Shown piece by piece: positions 7,185 through 15,529 of a DNA stretch of 64,000 nucleotides (position 1 is its first letter; every line of letters starts with the position of its first letter). Origin of the DNA: Candidatus Iainarchaeum sp. Its GTDB lineage: Archaea; Micrarchaeota; Micrarchaeia; Anstonellales; Bilamarchaeaceae. The translations under genes were made by a program, and so were the position numbers. Below the pieces are notes generated by a model. The model searched no databases. It had not been told where the DNA came from and saw only the letters and a list, made by a program, of their open reading frames with translations. The DNA lies in NCBI GenBank assembly GCA_028686985.1, contig JAQUBA010000002.1, forward strand, positions 20,745-84,744, written 5' to 3'.

Positions 7185-10004
7185 ATGTACGATCATAAGA
7201 AAGTAGAATCCGAAACACTGAAGCTTTGGGAGAAGGAAGGCACATACGCGAAGGTAAAGGAGAGCCGCTCCTCCGGGGAGCGCTACTACTTCTGCGACGG
7301 CCCCCCCTACGCGACCGGCCAGATTCACCCCGGCACCGGCTGGAACAAGTGCGCAAAGGACGCCCTCTGCAGGTACTGGAGGGGCAAGGGCAGGAACGTC
7401 CGGGTCCAGCCGGGCTACGATACCCATGGCCTGCCCATAGAGGTGAAAGTGGAAAAGGAGATGGGCATAAAGAACAAGCAGGAGATAGAGGAAAAAGGGA
7501 TAGAGAAGTTCATAAACAACTGCAAGCAGTTCGCCACCAAATACGTGGGGGTGATGGAGGGCCAGTTCACTTCGCTCGGCGTGTGGATGGACTGGGATAA
7601 CCCCTATCTCACATACAAGGACGCATACATAGAGTCCTCCTGGGGCACGATTGCGAAGGCGCACGAGAAGGGGCTCCTGAAGGAGGGCATCTACGTCCTC
7701 CCGCTCTGCTATAGGTGCGAGACCACGATGGCGAACTACGAGCTGGAGTACGGCGAAGAAACGGACCCCAGCATCTACGTCAAGTTCCGCGTGAAAGGGA
7801 GGGACAACGAATTCCTCGTCATTTGGACGACCACGCCCTGGACGCTCGTGTCCAACATGGCGGTCATGGTGCACCCCAACCTCCCGTATGTGCGGGTAAA
7901 GGTGGGGAATGAGGTTTGGATACTCGCGAAGGACCGCATGGACCAGGTGTTTGGCCTCCTTGGGCTGAGCGGAACAGTGTTGGAGGAGTCCATAGGCAAG
8001 AAGCTGGGCGGGCTGCAATACGAGCATCCTTTTGATGACCTCATAGGCAAGCAGTACGACCGCAAGGTCGTCCTAAGCGACGAATTCGTCACGCTGGAGG
8101 ACGGTTCCGGGCTCGTGCACTGCGCGCCGGGCCACGGCCCCGAGGACTTCATAATCGGGAAGCGCTTCGGGATAGAGGCGTTCTCGCCAGTGAACGAGGC
8201 GGGCAACTACACCGGGGAGGCGGGGCAGTTCGCGGGCAGGAACGTCCGCGCCGAGAATCCGGCCATAATAGAAATCCTGAAGGAGAGGGGCGCGCTGCTC
8301 CACGAATCCAGGATAAAGCACCGCTACCCGCACTGCTGGAGGTGCAAGACCCCCCTCATCTTCCTCACGACCAACCAGTGGTTCATAGAGATTTCCAAGA
8401 TGAAGGACGCGATGCTCGCGGAGATAGACAACACCCGCTGGCAGCCGGACTTCGCCCAGACGCGCTTCCGCGAGTTCGTCACAAACGCGCCGGACTGGTG
8501 CATCTCGCGCCAAAGGTACTGGGGCATCCCCCTCCCCATATGGAAATGCGCCTCCTGCGCAAAGATAAGGGTGCTAGGGGACGCCTCCGAGCTGAAGGGG
8601 ATAAAGGAGCTCCACCGCCCGTATATAGACGCTTACAAATTCAAGTGCGAATGCGGCGGGGAGATGGAGAGGGTGAAGGACGTCCTGGACGTGTGGTTCG
8701 ACTCCGGGAACGCGGTATGGGCCTCGCTCACTCCTGAGGAGAGGAAAACATACGGCCAGGCGGACGCAATCCTTGAGGGCCAGGACCAGATAAGGGGATG
8801 GTTCTATTCCCTGCTCGGCTCCGGCATGGTGAAGGACGGCCGCTCCCCCTACAAAAGGGTGGTGATGCACGGCTTCTTCGTTGACGAGCACGGGGACAAG
8901 ATGAGCAAGTCCGTGGGCAACTTCGTCCCGCTGGAGGAAATCCTTGAGAAAGGCGGCGCGGACGCATTCCGCCTCTGGGGCTTGTCCAACACTTTATGGG
9001 AGGAGCAGAAGTTCAGCTGGAACGAGATAAAGGAGGCGCACGGCACGCTGGACATACTCATGAACCTTTACGTGTATCTCACGCGCTTCCATCCGGGCAA
9101 GAAGGCGTCCGGCGCGGAGCTCGCTTTGGAGGACAAATGGCTCCTCTCCCGCCTCAATTCCACCCTGAAGGAATACAACGCCGCGTTTGAGGAATACGAG
9201 ATGAGCCGGGCCGTGAAGGCGGTGAAGTCCTTCCTTGTTGAGGACCTCAGCAAGTTTTACATGAAGGTCGCCAAGGAGCGCATCGCGAGGGGCGAGGGCG
9301 ACGGCGCCCTCTACGCACTCTATGAATCCGTGTTCGGAACCCTGAAGATGCTTTCCCCCATCTGCCCGTTCGTTTCCGAGTACATCTACCACGGCTTCTT
9401 CATGAAGCCGGAGAAGGAGAAGAGCATTTCGCTGTTTTCAATCCCGGACGCGGACCAGTCCCTCACAGACCCGGTCCTGGAGAAGAGGTTCGAGCTGGCG
9501 CGTGGGCTGCTCCCCGCATTCCTTGAGCTGAGGCAGAAGGCAGGGGTGAAGCTGCGCTGGCCGCTCGCAGAGGCGTACGTGAAAACGTCCTCACACGAGC
9601 TGGCGGAGGCGGTGGACTCGCTTGCGCCCATCCTTTCCAAACTGATAAACGTGAAGGGCATCTCCGCAGGCGAGGAGGACAGGCAGTTCCCGTCCGCCGA
9701 AGTGCCCTTGGGCAGGATATTCATAGACGCCGAGGTGAGGCAGGACCTCTACGAGGAGGCGATGCGCAACGAGGTCGTGCGCAGGATACAGCTCCTCCGC
9801 AAGGAGCTTAATCTCGTGGAGAAGGACGCCATAACCGTCGCCATAGACTCGGAGAAGGAACTGGCTGAAATAATCCAGAGGAACTCGGGCCGCATCTCCG
9901 ATGCGACGAATGCGAAGGAGCTGTCCTTCGCGAGCCTGCCTGAAAAGGAGAGGCGCTGGGAAATAGACGGAAGGGAGATTAGGATAAAAGTAAAGAAAGC
10001 CTGA
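7185..10004 (+). CDS. ileS: Isoleucine--tRNA ligase
   Basis: DGPPYATGQIH, WTTTPWTL, WCISRQRYWG, EGQDQIRGW, KMSKS. Confidence 0.97.
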   Translation: MYDHKKVESETLKLWEKEGTYAKVKESRSSGERYYFCDGPPYATGQIHPGTGWNKCAKDALCRYWRGKGRNVRVQPGYDTHGLPIEVKVEKEMGIKNKQEIEEKGIEKFINNCKQFATKYVGVMEGQFTSLGVWMDWDNPYLTYKDAYIESSWGTIAKAHEKGLLKEGIYVLPLCYRCETTMANYELEYGEETDPSIYVKFRVKGRDNEFLVIWTTTPWTLVSNMAVMVHPNLPYVRVKVGNEVWILAKDRMDQVFGLLGLSGTVLEESIGKKLGGLQYEHPFDDLIGKQYDRKVVLSDEFVTLEDGSGLVHCAPGHGPEDFIIGKRFGIEAFSPVNEAGNYTGEAGQFAGRNVRAENPAIIEILKERGALLHESRIKHRYPHCWRCKTPLIFLTTNQWFIEISKMKDAMLAEIDNTRWQPDFAQTRFREFVTNAPDWCISRQRYWGIPLPIWKCASCAKIRVLGDASELKGIKELHRPYIDAYKFKCECGGEMERVKDVLDVWFDSGNAVWASLTPEERKTYGQADAILEGQDQIRGWFYSLLGSGMVKDGRSPYKRVVMHGFFVDEHGDKMSKSVGNFVPLEEILEKGGADAFRLWGLSNTLWEEQKFSWNEIKEAHGTLDILMNLYVYLTRFHPGKKASGAELALEDKWLLSRLNSTLKEYNAAFEEYEMSRAVKAVKSFLVEDLSKFYMKVAKERIARGEGDGALYALYESVFGTLKMLSPICPFVSEYIYHGFFMKPEKEKSISLFSIPDADQSLTDPVLEKRFELARGLLPAFLELRQKAGVKLRWPLAEAYVKTSSHELAEAVDSLAPILSKLINVKGISAGEEDRQFPSAEVPLGRIFIDAEVRQDLYEEAMRNEVVRRIQLLRKELNLVEKDAITVAIDSEKELAEIIQRNSGRISDATNAKELSFASLPEKERRWEIDGREIRIKVKKA

Positions 10005-10006
10005 CC

Positions 10007-10255
10007 TTATCTCCTGCCGCGGGGCCTTCTGAAGTCCCTGGGGAAGTATTCTTCCTCAACCTTCTTCTCCACCTTCTTGTATTCAGACCTCTTCCCCATC
10101 TTCGTCCAGCAGTCCTTGCAGATGCAGAGCTTCTCGGTCCTTGACGGCTTCCTGCAGCTCTTTATGCAATTCACGCAGAGCACCCTCTTGCAGTATCCGC
10201 ACTTCTCGGTCTTGACCGTCTTCGCACCGCACCTTACGCAAACTTCTATAGCCAT
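10007..10255 (-). CDS. Small multi-CxxC zinc-finger protein
   Basis: CVRC, CGYC, CVNC, CKDC; basic tail. Confidence 0.75.
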   Translation of the reverse strand: MAIEVCVRCGAKTVKTEKCGYCKRVLCVNCIKSCRKPSRTEKLCICKDCWTKMGKRSEYKKVEKKVEEEYFPRDFRRPRGRR

Positions 10256-10299
10256 AAATGCACCTAATGAGCGTTGTGGAATAATATCCCGGAAAGCAT

Positions 10300-10659
10300 T
10301 TATAAAGTCTTACCATCAGCCCACAGGAAGGCCTTTGCAAGCAGCTTTGCATTAAGCGCGACCGCCTTCACGCCGGTGGCTATCGCGAACGCAAGTATGA
10401 AGCCGTTCTCGTTCAGGAAGAAGAGCACCAGCCAGAGGGCAGGGAAGAACAGGTTCTTTATCGCGGCTGCCGGGAATTCCGCCAGTTCCTTCATTTCGTT
10501 CCCCGCGGGCTTCTCGCCCACAGCGAGCCCCTCAAACATGAACACCATTATCGCGCCGATGCCCGCCAGCAGGAACTGCCCCGAGCCGATGAGGGAGAAA
10601 ATCCCGAAGAAAAGGAGAAGCTCCCCGAACCAGGAGCCCAGCCCCGTAGCCCAGCTCAT
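10300..10659 (-). CDS. Membrane protein
   Basis: Hydrophobic segments; ATGA overlap with eno. Confidence 0.65.
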   Translation of the reverse strand: MSWATGLGSWFGELLLFFGIFSLIGSGQFLLAGIGAIMVFMFEGLAVGEKPAGNEMKELAEFPAAAIKNLFFPALWLVLFFLNENGFILAFAIATGVKAVALNAKLLAKAFLWADGKTL

Positions 10660-11891
10660 TTGAATGCCTTCGCGTACGTGTTCCCCACCTTCTCCTCTAT
10701 CCTCAATAGCTGGTTATATTTGGAAGTCCTCTCACCCCTCGCGGGCGCCCCGGCCTTTATCTGCCCCGCGTCCATCCCCACCGCGAAGTCCGCTATGAAA
10801 TTGTCCTCGGTCTCGCCCGAGCGGTGGCTCACCACCACGTTCCATCCCGCCCTTTTCGCCATTTTTGCCGCGGAAACCGCCTCCGTGACCGTACCTATCT
10901 GGTTTATCTTGAGCAGGAGCGCGTTGCATGCCTTCTTCCTTATCGCCGTCTTTATCCGCGCCGCATTGGTGCAGAGCAGATCATCCCCCACCACCTGCAT
11001 TTTTGCCCCATGCTTCCTCGTGAACTCGGCGAACCCGTCAAAATCCTCCTCGTCCAGCGGGTCCTCCACGCTGATTACGGGATAGGATGAAATCACCTCC
11101 CCCAAATAATCAATCAATTCCCCGCCGCCCAGCGTTTTCCCGTCTATCGCATACTTCCCGTCCGCATAGAATGAAGAAGAGGCGCAGTCCATCCCTATCC
11201 TCATCTCATTTAAGTATCCCGCCTCATTAATCGCCTGCACAAGCGCCTCCAGCGCCTCCCTCGTCTCCGTCATCGGGGGCGCGAACCCGCCCTCATCCCC
11301 GACGTTTATCGCGCCTTTTCCGTACTTCCCTTCCAGAATCTTCTTCAGCGCATGGTAGGTTTCCGCCGCATACCTCAGCCCCTCCCTGAAAGAGGGCGCA
11401 TGCGCCGGGATAATCATGAACTCCTGTATCGCGAGCAGGCCTCCCGCATGCTTTCCCCCGTTGATTACGTTCAGCATGGGCACAGGGAGCGTCTTCCCGC
11501 CCAGGTACTCATAAACTTCCTTCCTCTTCCCGTTCGCCGCGGCCCTCATCACGGCCATGGACGTAGCCACGGTCGCGTTCGCGCCCAGTTTCCCCTTGTT
11601 CGGCGTCCCGTCCAGCTCAATCATCTTCGCATCTATTTTCTTTTGATTAGTGTTCATCCCAATGAGCGCAGGAGCGATATGCTTATTCACATTCCCCACC
11701 GCGTTGAGCATGCCCTTTCCGCCATACCTGTTCCCGCCGTCCCGCAGCTCCAGCGCCTCATGCACGCCCGTGGAAGCCCCCGAAGGGGCGGTGCCCCTCC
11801 CGAACCCCCTTCCCGCCCGCACGTCCACCTGCACGGTGGGGTTTCCGCGCGAGTCCAGGACCTCCCTTGCAAAAACAGAAGTGATTTTCAT
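10656..11891 (-). CDS. eno: Enolase
   Basis: DSRGNPTV, PSGASTG, GDEGGFAP, LLKINQIG, SHRSGETED. Confidence 0.98.
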   Translation of the reverse strand: MKITSVFAREVLDSRGNPTVQVDVRAGRGFGRGTAPSGASTGVHEALELRDGGNRYGGKGMLNAVGNVNKHIAPALIGMNTNQKKIDAKMIELDGTPNKGKLGANATVATSMAVMRAAANGKRKEVYEYLGGKTLPVPMLNVINGGKHAGGLLAIQEFMIIPAHAPSFREGLRYAAETYHALKKILEGKYGKGAINVGDEGGFAPPMTETREALEALVQAINEAGYLNEMRIGMDCASSSFYADGKYAIDGKTLGGGELIDYLGEVISSYPVISVEDPLDEEDFDGFAEFTRKHGAKMQVVGDDLLCTNAARIKTAIRKKACNALLLKINQIGTVTEAVSAAKMAKRAGWNVVVSHRSGETEDNFIADFAVGMDAGQIKAGAPARGERTSKYNQLLRIEEKVGNTYAKAFK

Positions 11892-11939
11892 GGTCTAGGA
11901 TAGGAAGATAAGTAATAAAACCCTATATTCCGTTCTAAT

Positions 11940-13055
11940 ATGCGTATGCTTCTAAAACTTAAATCAGGCACTTCCATCCAGAACCTTCTCAAGGAATGCG
12001 GAATCTGCTCGCAGGAAGTCCTCGTATTCATAGACGGCAAAATCTCACCCGAAACATCTATTGCAAAGAAAGGGCAGGAAGTATCCATAATCTATTTCAA
12101 GCACGGGGCCCCCCAGTCCGGAAGCGCCCTGCACAAGCAGAGGAAATTTGAGAAATGCGAGTGCGGCGGGATTCCGGTTTATTACGCGCCCCACATCGGA
12201 AGGCACTTCTGCAAAAAACACTTCTTGGAATATTTTGAGAAGAAAGCCAAATTGGAGATAAGGAAGAAGGATTTGATAAAGAAAAATGAGAAAATCGCGC
12301 TCGGCCTCTCCGGAGGGAAAGATTCCTTCTCCATGCTGCATTTCCTTTCCCATCTCAAGGAAGCGCTTCCTTTCCAATTTTTTGCCATAACCGTGGATGA
12401 AGGCGTTCGCGGATACCGCGAGCACACAATCAGCCGCGCCAAGAAATTCTGCAAAAAGCTGAAGGTAAAGCATTGCATTTATTCATTCGGGAAAGAAGAG
12501 GGCGTCACCCTCGATTCCCTCGCAAAAGAGGGGAAGGCGAACTGCTCAGTATGCGCAGTTTTGAGGCGGCGCCTCCTCAACTCCAAATCCAGAAAACTGG
12601 GCGCCTCCAAACTGGTAATCGCCCACAACCTTGACGACACCGCCCAGACCGTCCTCCTCAATGTAGTAAGGAACGAGCCCCTCCGTTTCGCAAGGATGGA
12701 AGAGCCATTGGTGCAGAGCAAATCCCTCATCCAGCGCATAAAGCCCTTCGCAACCCTTTCAGAAAAGGAGGTGGCAACCTATGCATACCTCCACGGATAC
12801 GATTACGGCGAGGGCGCCTGCTGCTGCCCTTATGTCCAGCATGCAATCCGCCGCTTCCTCCGCCACCAATTAAATCTAATGGAAGAGGCATACCCCAGCA
12901 CCAAGCTCCGCATTTCCGCGAGCGGGCACACCATCCAGGATGCGATACGCAAGACAATTCCCAAGGAAAAGCTCCGCATAAACTCATGCACAATATGCGG
13001 CGAGCCGTCCGCCCACGAAGTCTGCAAAGCCTGCGCGGCGCTCGCGAAGCGTTAA
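11940..13055 (+). CDS. ttuA: TtuA/Ncs6-like tRNA 2-thiolation protein with N-terminal ThiS/MoaD-like domain
   Basis: SGGKDS PP-loop, CSVC, HNLDD, CPY, flanking Zn fingers; extra ~57-aa beta-grasp-like N-terminus. Confidence 0.88.
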   Translation: MRMLLKLKSGTSIQNLLKECGICSQEVLVFIDGKISPETSIAKKGQEVSIIYFKHGAPQSGSALHKQRKFEKCECGGIPVYYAPHIGRHFCKKHFLEYFEKKAKLEIRKKDLIKKNEKIALGLSGGKDSFSMLHFLSHLKEALPFQFFAITVDEGVRGYREHTISRAKKFCKKLKVKHCIYSFGKEEGVTLDSLAKEGKANCSVCAVLRRRLLNSKSRKLGASKLVIAHNLDDTAQTVLLNVVRNEPLRFARMEEPLVQSKSLIQRIKPFATLSEKEVATYAYLHGYDYGEGACCCPYVQHAIRRFLRHQLNLMEEAYPSTKLRISASGHTIQDAIRKTIPKEKLRINSCTICGEPSAHEVCKACAALAKR

Positions 13056-13080
13056 ATATTTTCCTTACTCTTCTCCATCC

Positions 13081-13851
13081 ATGGAGCTCTTTTTCATAGG
13101 CACGGGCGGCGGAAGGATAAACCTGCTCAGGCGCTTCCGCAGCAATGGCGGCTTCCGCATAAACGGCTCATTAAACATCCACGTGGACCCCGGCCCCGGC
13201 GCACTCGCCGACGGCATGAGGCACAAGCAGGACCCCCTGAAACTGGACGCCGTAGTCGTCACGCACCACCACATAGACCACTGCAACGACGCCTCCCTCA
13301 TGGTGGAGGGCATGAGCCATTTCGGATTGAAGAAGAATGGCATCCTCATCGGCTCAAGGCAGGTAATAGGAGGGGACGAAAAAGGCGACAGGGGCGTGGA
13401 CCTCTTCCACCAGTCCCTCTGCGAGGAAATATTCACCGCAACCCCCGGAAAGAAAAAATCCTTCAAAACAAAGGACGGGGAATTCTCGCTGGGCTGCGTG
13501 AAGGCGGTGCATGATTCCATAGATGCGTTCGGCTTCAAGCTGGAGATGGACGGAAAAACGATAGGATACACTAGCGACACCGAATATTACAAGGGGATAG
13601 AGGACAATTACAAGGGATGCGACGTCCTTGTGATAAACGTAATCAAGCCGGCGGAGGACCCCTACGAGGGCCACATGAATGCCCATCAGGCAAAGGAGCT
13701 AATCAAGAAGGCGAAGCCGGGCCTCGCGATACTCTCCCATCTGGGCATGAAGATGATTTTCGGCAAGGCGGACATGCTCGCAAAGGAAATATGGAAGGAA
13801 ACAAAAGTGAAGACAATCGCGGCAAGGGACGGGATGGGAATCCGGCTCTAG
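13081..13851 (+). CDS. MBL-fold metallohydrolase
   Basis: FIGTGGGR, DPGPG, THHHIDH, YTSDT, SHLG. Confidence 0.9.
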   Translation: MELFFIGTGGGRINLLRRFRSNGGFRINGSLNIHVDPGPGALADGMRHKQDPLKLDAVVVTHHHIDHCNDASLMVEGMSHFGLKKNGILIGSRQVIGGDEKGDRGVDLFHQSLCEEIFTATPGKKKSFKTKDGEFSLGCVKAVHDSIDAFGFKLEMDGKTIGYTSDTEYYKGIEDNYKGCDVLVINVIKPAEDPYEGHMNAHQAKELIKKAKPGLAILSHLGMKMIFGKADMLAKEIWKETKVKTIAARDGMGIRL

Positions 13852-14558
13852 ACCATTCTCCTATTATCGTTGGCCATCTGCCCCCGCAGTTCCAGCCATG
13901 CCTTTATCCCCCGGCGGGCATTTTCGCTGCTCCCTCCGTAATACTTGCTCCCTTCCCTGCATACCTCTAATTCCGCTTCCCTGCGTATTATCCCACCCAG
14001 GGTTTTCTCGTCCAGCCTCTCAATTATCCTAATATCCTCCACATCCACAAGCCCTTCCACAACATGGAGGGTTTTCCCGTCCTTCGTGGCCATTTCGCCC
14101 AGCCTGCCATCCGCGCCCCTTATCGCAAGAATGAGCATCCTTGTGCTCCCCCCGAATATGCCGTTCCTCCTGAGCGACCGCCCATCTTCATACGGGTCAT
14201 TGTTTATCGTGTTCCCGGATTCCATTATCGCATCGTACAGCCCCGTCCCCACCATCAGCATGGGGAAAGGCGCGGACTCCGCGCCCGCCCGGACCTCGGT
14301 ATCAAACAGCCCCATCCTCCCGTATCTCCGCACGCTGTCCGCAAGCGCCCTGAGGATGCTGGCGCTCTGCATCTGGGCGAATACGATTTTCCCGCGCCCA
14401 TCAAATCCCTTTTTTTCCTCTCTCTCAACAGCCCTCCCCAGCTTTTCAAAGGCCCTCATGAGGTTCCCGTTCCCCTTGGTCCTTTTTACGGTGCAGGAAG
14501 GCACAACCGCATTCATCCTTATCCGTATAACACGCCTTTCATCCGCCATGCAGCTCAC
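13848..14558 (-). CDS. Hypothetical protein, paralogue of upstream ORF
   Basis: Shares IVF..S.L..L, V..vEDI.I and EA..E..R blocks with 14555-15421; ATGA overlap. Confidence 0.65.
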   Translation of the reverse strand: MSCMADERRVIRIRMNAVVPSCTVKRTKGNGNLMRAFEKLGRAVEREEKKGFDGRGKIVFAQMQSASILRALADSVRRYGRMGLFDTEVRAGAESAPFPMLMVGTGLYDAIMESGNTINNDPYEDGRSLRRNGIFGGSTRMLILAIRGADGRLGEMATKDGKTLHVVEGLVDVEDIRIIERLDEKTLGGIIRREAELEVCREGSKYYGGSSENARRGIKAWLELRGQMANDNRRMV

Positions 14559-15421
14559 CAGCTCAGGCCGGGCCTCTCGGAGGACAATTCAATCTGCGCA
14601 ATCCCCGCCATCATCTCGGCCGCCATCTCCTTCGCCCCCTTCTCGCTGCGCAGGATTTCCACCCTGGCCTCCGCGGCGCAGAGGTCCTCCAGGAGCCTCG
14701 GCACCTTCACTTCCTTCCCCTTTCTGCCCCCTTCACCAGGGTCCTTTGTGCCGATTTCCGCATCAGCGCCGGGCCTCGCCATGAACCTCAGGCTGCCCAC
14801 TATCGTTATGTCCTCCAGCGGCACTTCCCTCGCCACCGCGTAAAGCCCCGGTTCCCCTTCCACCGAAAGGATGCCGCGCCCCCACGGGCACTCGGCGGCG
14901 TCCGCCGCGGGAACCGCAACCACCATCTCGCTTGCCCGCACGGTTGCGCCTATGCACGCGAGCATGTCGCGCATGCGCGCATGGTGGCCCCTTTCCAGGG
15001 GAAGCCCGCGCAGCGTGGAGAGGAGCGAGCTCCTCCCGAACACTATGGGGAGCGTGCTGCCCTGGATGCCCGTCGTGTCTGAAACGTATGATGGGGTTCC
15101 ATTGAACTCAAAACCAGCCTCACCGCTGCGCAGCATGCGGCCGAGCACGTTCCAGGCAAAGGCCACGGTGGTCGTCCTGAAATAAATCATGCCCGCCCCC
15201 AGGGTGAGCCTTCCTGCCAGCGGCCGTTCGCTGAGCGCCCAGCCACATCCCCTTTTATGCAGCTCCCCCGCCACGGGCACATGCCTCTCGCCGATGTCAA
15301 GCTCCCTGCCGCGGCGTATCGCATCGCGTATCTTATTCGCCGCCTCAACCGCCGCCCTTCCCCTGAATTCCGCCTCCGGGAAGTGCCTGCACCCATGTAT
15401 GATTGTGCGTGGCCCGTTCAT
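14555..15421 (-). CDS. Hypothetical protein, possible ADP-ribosyltransferase/Tpt1-like fold
   Basis: IIHG ... GMIYF ... MVVAVP ... YAVAREVPLEDI motif order; start uncertain. Confidence 0.55.
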   Translation of the reverse strand: MNGPRTIIHGCRHFPEAEFRGRAAVEAANKIRDAIRRGRELDIGERHVPVAGELHKRGCGWALSERPLAGRLTLGAGMIYFRTTTVAFAWNVLGRMLRSGEAGFEFNGTPSYVSDTTGIQGSTLPIVFGRSSLLSTLRGLPLERGHHARMRDMLACIGATVRASEMVVAVPAADAAECPWGRGILSVEGEPGLYAVAREVPLEDITIVGSLRFMARPGADAEIGTKDPGEGGRKGKEVKVPRLLEDLCAAEARVEILRSEKGAKEMAAEMMAGIAQIELSSERPGLSW

Positions 15422-15529
15422 GTCAATAATTCTGTGAAATACTGTTTTTAATACATTCTTACACACCGGCCGCCCCCGAATACCTATTTATTCCTTTCCA
15501 ACCAATTTCCTATTCTCACGGTGCAACTC

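Noticed and set aside
6345-8027. 560-aa reverse-strand ORF
   Set aside because: Antisense shadow of the KaiC-like, membrane and ileS genes; typical of high-GC3 coding DNA
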